Source of the DNA: Desulfotalea psychrophila LSv54
Lineage (GTDB): Bacteria; Desulfobacterota; Desulfobulbia; Desulfobulbales; Desulfocapsaceae
Direction of reading: 5' to 3'
Assembly (NCBI RefSeq): GCF_000025945.1
Contig: NC_006138.1
Coordinates: 1,230,001-1,262,000, forward strand
DNA: 32,000 nucleotides
Shown one piece after another: positions 26,132-32,000 of this stretch. The position numbers and the translations under genes are program-made. The notes under the pieces were generated by a model. It did no database searches. It saw only the letters and a program-made list of their open reading frames with translations, and had not been told where the DNA came from. Numbering within the stretch: position 1 is the stretch's first letter; every line of letters begins with the position of its first letter.

Positions 26132-26665
26132 ATGGCAAAACAGTGGTACATATTACAGGCTCATTCAGGATTTGAGGAAAAGGTTAAGCTTACCCTGGAA
26201 GACCGGATAAAAAAGGATGGTCTCGAAGATTTCTTCGGTGATATTCTTGTTCCGACTGAACAGGTTGTTGAGATGGTAAAAGGCTCGCGAAAAACTTCGT
26301 CAAAGAAATTTTTCCCGGGCTATATGCTTATCAACATGGAACTTACTGACGAAACGTGGCACACCGTTCATGAGAACATGCCGCGCGTTGTTGGGTTTGT
26401 GGGCGATGATAGAAATCCAATGCCTCTGTCTGATGAAGAAGCTGCAAAGATCATAGGGCGAATTCAGGAAGGTTCTGAGCGACCACGTCCAAAGGTTATC
26501 TTTGATGTTGGCGAAAATGTTCGCGTCATAGATGGGCCTTTTTCTAATTTTCAAGGTGTGGTTGACGAAGTATTTCCTGATAAAGGGCGTGTACGCGTAA
26601 TGGTCTCGATCTTTGGTCGGGAAACGCCTGTAGAACTTGAGTTCGTTCAGGTTACTAACACCTAA
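26132..26665 (+). CDS. nusG: transcription termination/antitermination factor NusG
   Basis: 177 aa with an NGN domain (WYILQAHSGFE) and a KOW motif (GENVRVIDGPFSNFQGVVDEV). Confidence 0.95.
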   Translation: MAKQWYILQAHSGFEEKVKLTLEDRIKKDGLEDFFGDILVPTEQVVEMVKGSRKTSSKKFFPGYMLINMELTDETWHTVHENMPRVVGFVGDDRNPMPLSDEEAAKIIGRIQEGSERPRPKVIFDVGENVRVIDGPFSNFQGVVDEVFPDKGRVRVMVSIFGRETPVELEFVQVTNT

Positions 26666-26694
26666 TTGTTTCCCCGGGTTATATGGGGAGGTTG

Positions 26695-26728
26695 GAATCT
26701 AGCGTAATGCTGGATTCTGTTGTTTTTT
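26695..26728 (+). terminator. intrinsic terminator / attenuator between nusG and rplK
   Basis: GAATCTAGC / GCTGGATTC stem (9 bp, one G-U pair) with loop GTAAT, followed by TGTTGTTTTTT. Confidence 0.55.
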
Positions 26729-26756
26729 GATAATTGTTTTTAGTTGGGGTAATACA

Positions 26757-27182
26757 ATGGCCAAAAAAGCGATGGCATACATCAAGTTGCAGATACCAGC
26801 AGGTAAGGCGAATCCTTCACCTCCTGTCGGACCTGCACTTGGACAGCACGGTGTCAACATCATGGAATTCTGTAAAGGCTTTAACGCCAGGACACAATCC
26901 ATGGGTGATACCATTGTTCCTGTAGTTATCACTGTTTATCAAGATCGCTCTTTCAGTTTCATTACAAAGACACCACCTGCAGCTGTTCTTCTTATGAAGG
27001 CTGCTAATATCACCAAGGGTTCCAGTAATCCTAAGAGTGAGCGTGTTGCTGAAATTAGCAAAGAGAAGATTCGTGAGATCGCAGAGATTAAAATGCCAGA
27101 TCTCAATGCATATGATATTGATGCTGCAATGCTTATTATTGAAGGCACTGCACGCAGCGCAGGTATCACTGTAGTTGAGTAG
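26757..27182 (+). CDS. rplK: 50S ribosomal protein L11
   Basis: [43 protein letters not shown] is canonical L11. The start is set at ATG 26757, not the track start at 26727. Confidence 0.95.
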   Translation: MAKKAMAYIKLQIPAGKANPSPPVGPALGQHGVNIMEFCKGFNARTQSMGDTIVPVVITVYQDRSFSFITKTPPAAVLLMKAANITKGSSNPKSERVAEISKEKIREIAEIKMPDLNAYDIDAAMLIIEGTARSAGITVVE

Positions 27183-27311
27183 TAGACATTTTGATGGAAT
27201 CGCATTCCCGTAAGGGGATGGTGAAGTACGAAGCTCGGTAATAAATTTCATTTTTTGAGCTTAACAAATACTGCCGGCAGGACGAGTTCCTGTTCAGAGT
27301 AGGAGGCCAAT

Positions 27312-28019
27312 ATGCCGAAAAGAGGCAAGAATTATAGTAACAAGAGTCAAAGCTTTGACAAACAGCAGGTGTACACTCTTGAAGAAGCTGTAGGTCATGT
27401 TTTGGCAACATCTTATGCAAAATTTGATGAGACCTTTGACATTGCAATAAAGCTTGGTGTTGATCCACGTCACGCAGATCAGATGATTCGTTCTTCTGTC
27501 GTTTTGCCACACGGTACCGGAAAAGTAACCCGCGTACTTGTTTTTGCAAAAGGTGCTAAAGAAGCCGAAGCAAGAGAGGCTGGTGCTGATTTTGTTGGTG
27601 GAGATGACCTGGTAGAAAAGATTCAAGGCGGATGGCTTGAATTCGACAAGACCGTTGCTACCCCTGATATGATGGGTACAGTTGGTAAAATTGGTCGAGT
27701 TCTTGGACCCCGTAACTTGATGCCAAATGCAAAGCTTGGAACTGTTACCTTTGATGTTGCTAAAGTCATCGAAGAGATCAAGTCCGGTAAGGTTGATTTT
27801 AAAGTTGAAAAAGCTGGTATTTTGCATGCAGGTATTGGTAAAATTTCTTTCGGTAATGAGAAACTTACTGCAAATGCCCTTGCATTTATCGAGAAAATAA
27901 TTCAGTTAAAACCATCTTCTAGTAAAGGTGTTTATCTTAAGAGTGTTACCATTAGTTCCACCATGGGACCTGGTGTGAAGGTTGATCCTGTTTACCTTCG
28001 TGCACTTGTTAAGAAGTAA
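27312..28019 (+). CDS. rplA: 50S ribosomal protein L1
   Basis: 235 aa with a typical L1 sequence ([40 protein letters not shown]). AGGAGG precedes the ATG. Confidence 0.95.
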   Translation: MPKRGKNYSNKSQSFDKQQVYTLEEAVGHVLATSYAKFDETFDIAIKLGVDPRHADQMIRSSVVLPHGTGKVTRVLVFAKGAKEAEAREAGADFVGGDDLVEKIQGGWLEFDKTVATPDMMGTVGKIGRVLGPRNLMPNAKLGTVTFDVAKVIEEIKSGKVDFKVEKAGILHAGIGKISFGNEKLTANALAFIEKIIQLKPSSSKGVYLKSVTISSTMGPGVKVDPVYLRALVKK

Positions 28020-28197
28020 TTTTTTTTGTAGTTGTTGAGTCGAAGACAGCGGGTACGGAAGTTTAATCGCTTGCAAAAGCGTCCTGCCGAGATGAATACC
28101 AGAATTTTTATTCCGGTTTAGTGGGGTTTATTCCCTGCTACTCTTGTAGCTGCTGATTCGAATATCGGAAACCTTAAAATTCTAAAGGAGGAGTACT
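28020..28197 (+). promoter_or_regulatory. possible L10 (rplJ) autoregulatory leader
   Basis: A 178-nt untranslated spacer upstream of rplJ with several local stem-loops (for example GCTAC-TCTT-GTAGC and ACCAGAAT...ATTCCGGT). The call rests on position only; the consensus was not verified. Confidence 0.3.
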
Positions 28198-28725
28198 TTG
28201 AATCGTGATGATAAAGCGGCACTCGTCTCCCAACTGAATGATTCTTTCGGTCGGGCGAAGTTGTCTGTTGTCGCTGACTATTGCGGCTTGAAAGTATCAG
28301 AATTACAGCAAATCAGGATTGAACTGAAAGGCTGTGATTCGGAGATTCGAGTTGCCAAGAATACTCTCCTCAAAAGAGCTGCTGATGGAACTGGTACTGC
28401 TGTCCTTGCGGATGACTTTACTGGTACCACTGCTGTAATAACTTCATACTCAGACCCTGTTGGTCCTGCAAAGGTACTTACCCAGTTCGCTGGTGGTCAT
28501 GAAAAGTTTGTTATTCGTTCTGCTGCTCTTGAGGGCGAGAAAATTGGTGTAGATCGTTTAGAGGCACTTGCTAAGCTTCCATCCAGAGAAGTTCTTCTGG
28601 GTCAGTTGCTTTCTACCTGGAACAATGTACCTACCGGTCTTGTTCGCGTGCTTTCTGGTGTACCACGTACTTTTGTATACGGACTCCAGGCTCTTAAAGA
28701 TCAGAAGGAACAAGAAGGAAAGTAA
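28198..28725 (+). CDS. rplJ: 50S ribosomal protein L10
   Basis: 175 aa with an L10-like sequence (MNRDDKAALVSQLNDSF...). The start is TTG, with a perfect AGGAGG 6 nt upstream and no in-frame ATG nearby. Confidence 0.9.
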   Translation: MNRDDKAALVSQLNDSFGRAKLSVVADYCGLKVSELQQIRIELKGCDSEIRVAKNTLLKRAADGTGTAVLADDFTGTTAVITSYSDPVGPAKVLTQFAGGHEKFVIRSAALEGEKIGVDRLEALAKLPSREVLLGQLLSTWNNVPTGLVRVLSGVPRTFVYGLQALKDQKEQEGK

Positions 28726-28775
28726 TTTCCTGATTTTTTTAACGGAATAAAATATACTATAACGAGGTATTTATC

Positions 28776-29147
28776 ATGGCTGTAACTAAAGAAGACGTAA
28801 TTGATTTCATCGCTGGCATGTCTGTTCTTGAGCTTTCTGAGTTGATCGGTGAGTTCGAAGAGAAATTCGGTGTTTCTGCTGCTGCTCCTGTTGCAGTTGC
28901 TGCTGCTGGTGTAGCTGCTGAAGCTGTAGAAGAGAAGACTGAATTCGACGTAATTCTTGCTTCTGCTGGTAGCGAGAAAATCAAAGTAATTAAAGAAGTT
29001 CGCGCTATCACCGGTCTTGGACTTAAAGAAGCTAAGTCTCTTGTAGAGTCTGCTCCTGCAGCTCTTAAAGAGGGTGTTTCTAAGGACGAAGCAGCAGAGC
29101 TCAAAGCTAAGCTCGAAGCTGTTGGTGCAACTGCAGAAGTTAAGTAA
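28776..29147 (+). CDS. rplL: 50S ribosomal protein L7/L12
   Basis: 123 aa with an Ala-rich hinge and a conserved C-terminal domain ([24 protein letters not shown]...). Confidence 0.95.
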   Translation: MAVTKEDVIDFIAGMSVLELSELIGEFEEKFGVSAAAPVAVAAAGVAAEAVEEKTEFDVILASAGSEKIKVIKEVRAITGLGLKEAKSLVESAPAALKEGVSKDEAAELKAKLEAVGATAEVK

Positions 29148-29200
29148 TTAACTTTGCAGTATGTGCATATATACTTAATGTGTGCACGACCAAGCTTGAA

Positions 29201-29242
29201 AAACACGCTACAGGCACAGACCTGTAGCGTGTTTCGCTTTTT
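29201..29242 (+). terminator. rplL-rpoB attenuator / intrinsic terminator
   Basis: AAACACGCTACAGG / CCTGTAGCGTGTTT 14-bp perfect stem with loop CACAGA, followed by CGCTTTTT. Flanking CTTGAAAAA / TTTTTCAAG could extend the helix. Confidence 0.7.
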
Positions 29243-29569
29243 CAAGTGATGATGAAAAATACAAAAAAATGTCTGTGAAAACTTGTAGTTAGGGCTGGAT
29301 ATGCTGGTTGTGTCGGTTTTGTTTTATGAATCTTAAAAGCCAAAAAGGTCACGTCCATGATAAAAAATTACCACAAAAATGCTGTCTCATCTTTTTTTTA
29401 CCCTAATGCAATGTTGTTTTCCACCTCAGCCTTATTTATAGGCAACACACTTTTTTCCACTCCTTTACGATACTGTTGTAAGTAAGAAATTATTTATAAC
29501 AATTGTTCATCCGTTTTGCACTAACAAGGTTTATCGTAACGAATTTATCAGGCTATATCGAGGACGACT

Positions 29570-32000
29570 ATGGAACGAGTTAGAAAGAATTTTGCCACTG
29601 CTGATAATGTACTTGAGCCACCGCATCTTATTTCTATGCAGCGCATCTCCTATGAGGAGTTTTTACAAATAGACCGCGCTCCCGAAGAAAGAGAAGATGT
29701 TGGCCTTCAGGCAATTCTCAAGAATATTTTCCCGATTAATGATTTTAACGGTCTGTGTTCCTTAGAATTTTTGAAGTATAAGTTTGGTGAGCCTAAGTAC
29801 ACTGTACAGGAGTGTCAACAGCGTGGTATGAGTTACGAGATACCACTTAAGATTGTTGTGCGCCTGATAACTTTTGATGTAGATGAAGAAACCGGTGTTC
29901 AGACCATTAGAGATATGAAGGAGCAGGAAGTTTTCCTTGGCTCTCTTCCTCTTATGACCGCTGATGGTGTTTTCGTTGTCAATGGTACAGAGCGTGTTAT
30001 TGTTTCTCAGCTTCAACGATCTCCGGGACTTTTCTACAGTCATGATAACGGTAAGAGTCACTCTAGTGGAAAGCTATTGTACTCTGCACGTATCATCCCT
30101 GTACGTGGTTCTTGGATTGATCTTGAATTTGATATTAAAGATGTTCTGCATGTTCGTATTGATCGCAGAAGAAAGTTTCCTGTAACTACTCTGCTCAAGG
30201 CCCTTGGGTACAGTAGTGAAGAGCTCCTCAGAGAGTTTTATCCTCTTGAAAATGTTAAACTTAGCGATGGAAAATACTGGGTGCGTTTTGTAGCAGAGCA
30301 CACAGCGGGCCAGCGTTTAGAGTTTGATTTAGTAAACCCTCAAGATGGTGAGATCCTCGCTAAGAAGGGGCGTAAAATTAGCAAGGCCCTCTGTCGCAAG
30401 GCTGTCGAAGCTGGCATCGAATTTATCGAGGCTTCCAGTGAGACAATTTTGGGTAAAGTTCTCGCATCCGCTATTACCCTGGCTGGCGCCGAAGAACCTC
30501 TCTACCCTTGTAATACAGAAATTACTGAGACCGTATTAGAAAATTTGGCCGAGAATGGTATTAATGAGTTTGAAACCCTTTTTATGGATGGTGTTAACTA
30601 CTCTGCATCCTTCAGCCATACCCTCAGGCTTGATAAGGTAATCACTACAGCGGAAGCTCTGTTGGAAATTTACCGTCGTCTGCGTCCGTCATCGCCTCCT
30701 ACCCTGGAAATTGCCACGACATTTTTTGAGAATCTGTTCTTTAATCCAGATCTCTACGACCTTTCCGAGGTTGGACGTTATAAGATTAACGCAAAATTAG
30801 GTCTCAAAACAGATATTGAGCACCGTGCCCTTACCAGAGATGATATCATTTATGGTGTTCGTTATCTTGTGCGTCTGAAAGACAATCAAGGCGGCATCGA
30901 TGATATTGATCATCTTGGTAATCGTCGTGTGCGTACCGTAGGTGAGTTGGTTGAAAATCAGTACCGCATGGGACTGGTTCGTATGGAACGTGCGATCAAA
31001 GAGCGTATGACTCTGCAAGATGTAGAGACCCTTATGCCCCATGATCTTATCAATCCAAAGCCAATTTCAGCTGCAATCAAAGAGTTTTTTGGTACTTCCC
31101 AGCTGTCTCAGTTTATGGATCAGACCAATGCTCTTTCCGAGGTCACCCACAAGAGACGTCTTTCAGCTCTTGGACCCGGCGGTCTTTCTCGCGAGCGAGC
31201 AGGTTTTGAAGTACGTGATGTTCATCCAACCCATTATGGTCGAATTTGTCCGATTGAAACTCCAGAGGGACCAAATATTGGTCTTATTGTTTCTCTCGCC
31301 ACCTACGCCCGGGTAAATCCATATGGTTTTATTGAAACTCCATATCGTAAGGTTGAAAATCGTGTTATTTTAGATGATATTAGATATTTAAGTGCACTTG
31401 AAGAGCAGAAGCAGATTATAGCTCCTGCCCTTGTCGCCCTTGAAGCCGATCACCAGTCCATCTCTGAAGGCAATCTTATTGCCCGTGAAGAGGGTGATGT
31501 TATAACTATAGGTTCGGATAATGTAACCTATATGGATGTTGCTCCGAATCAGATGATCTCGGTGGCAGCCTCTCTTGTCCCATTTCTTGAAAATGATGAT
31601 GCTAACCGGGCCCTGATGGGGTCGAACATGCAACGTCAGGCCGTACCACTTCTTGTTACCGCAGCACCGCTTGTTGGTACAGGCATGGAACGTTATGTAG
31701 CCCGTGATTCTGGTGCCTGTCTGCTCAGTGCTGGCGATGGCGTGGTTGAAGAGGTTGATTCGAATCGGGTCGTTGTGCGTTACGATAAGCCCGGCGTTGA
31801 TGGTTATGATACTGGTGTGGCGGTATATCGTCTTACCAAGTATAAAAAATCTAACCAGAACACCTGTTTTACTCAAACGCCAACCATTCTTCCTGGCCTT
31901 AAGGTGGAGAAGGGAACTCTTCTTGCCGATGGTCCTGGTTGCGAGGCTGGTGAGCTTGCCCTTGGTAAAAATCTTACCGTTGCCTTCATGCCTTGGCGTG
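29570..32000 (+). CDS. rpoB: DNA-directed RNA polymerase beta subunit (5' part; continues beyond the window)
   Basis: Missing from the ORF track because no stop codon occurs before the window end. The frame from ATG 29570 (MERVRKNFATADNVLEPPHLISMQRISYEEF) stays open to 32000. It contains hallmark RpoB blocks (FFGTSQLSQFMDQTNALSEVTHKRRLSALGPGGLSRERAGFEVRDVHPTHYGRICPIETPEGPNIGLI; NDDANRALMGSNMQRQAVPL). GAGGA lies 6 nt upstream of the ATG. Confidence 0.95.
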   Translation, partial: MERVRKNFATADNVLEPPHLISMQRISYEEFLQIDRAPEEREDVGLQAILKNIFPINDFNGLCSLEFLKYKFGEPKYTVQECQQRGMSYEIPLKIVVRLITFDVDEETGVQTIRDMKEQEVFLGSLPLMTADGVFVVNGTERVIVSQLQRSPGLFYSHDNGKSHSSGKLLYSARIIPVRGSWIDLEFDIKDVLHVRIDRRRKFPVTTLLKALGYSSEELLREFYPLENVKLSDGKYWVRFVAEHTAGQRLEFDLVNPQDGEILAKKGRKISKALCRKAVEAGIEFIEASSETILGKVLASAITLAGAEEPLYPCNTEITETVLENLAENGINEFETLFMDGVNYSASFSHTLRLDKVITTAEALLEIYRRLRPSSPPTLEIATTFFENLFFNPDLYDLSEVGRYKINAKLGLKTDIEHRALTRDDIIYGVRYLVRLKDNQGGIDDIDHLGNRRVRTVGELVENQYRMGLVRMERAIKERMTLQDVETLMPHDLINPKPISAAIKEFFGTSQLSQFMDQTNALSEVTHKRRLSALGPGGLSRERAGFEVRDVHPTHYGRICPIETPEGPNIGLIVSLATYARVNPYGFIETPYRKVENRVILDDIRYLSALEEQKQIIAPALVALEADHQSISEGNLIAREEGDVITIGSDNVTYMDVAPNQMISVAASLVPFLENDDANRALMGSNMQRQAVPLLVTAAPLVGTGMERYVARDSGACLLSAGDGVVEEVDSNRVVVRYDKPGVDGYDTGVAVYRLTKYKKSNQNTCFTQTPTILPGLKVEKGTLLADGPGCEAGELALGKNLTVAFMPWR

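Noticed and set aside
29357-29485. 42-aa ORF in the rplL-rpoB spacer considered as a gene feature.
   Set aside because: It has only a weak RBS, lies in AT-rich non-coding context and shows no recognisable similarity. I kept it as a low-interest note, not as an annotated CDS.

Overview
This window looks like core chromosome from a dissimilatory sulfur-metabolising bacterium. It resembles a Desulfobacterota (deltaproteobacterial) sulfate reducer, judged from an aprBA-qmoABC locus and a moderate GC content by eye. Gene order: thiE, a Cys-rich orphan gene, then on the minus strand hflC, hflK, GTP-type PEP carboxykinase and tRNA-Leu(CAG). A roughly 25-kb co-directional plus-strand block follows. 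It holds ribF, a three-gene TPR / zinc-ribbon+HEAT / TPR-like module of unknown function, ribE-ribBA-ribH, nusB, ftsK, aprB-aprA, qmoA-qmoB-qmoC, and then the classical tRNA(Thr-Tyr-Gly-Thr)-tuf-rpmG-tRNA(Trp)-secE-nusG-rplK-rplA-rplJ-rplL-rpoB region. rpoB runs off the 3' end of the window. I found no CRISPR array, transposase, integrase, phage gene, toxin-antitoxin pair or recognisable defence system. Most of the window is ordinary housekeeping DNA. The least explained part is the uncharacterised module between ribF and ribE at about 7.6-10.15 kb. Its middle gene appears split by a -1 frame change, which could be an assembly indel, a pseudogene or recoding. Other lower-interest items are a Cys-rich orphan protein, the long structured leader of the apr operon, and the spacers in the ribosomal-protein operons. 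All calls come from reading the ORF translations and the DNA by eye; no database search was run.
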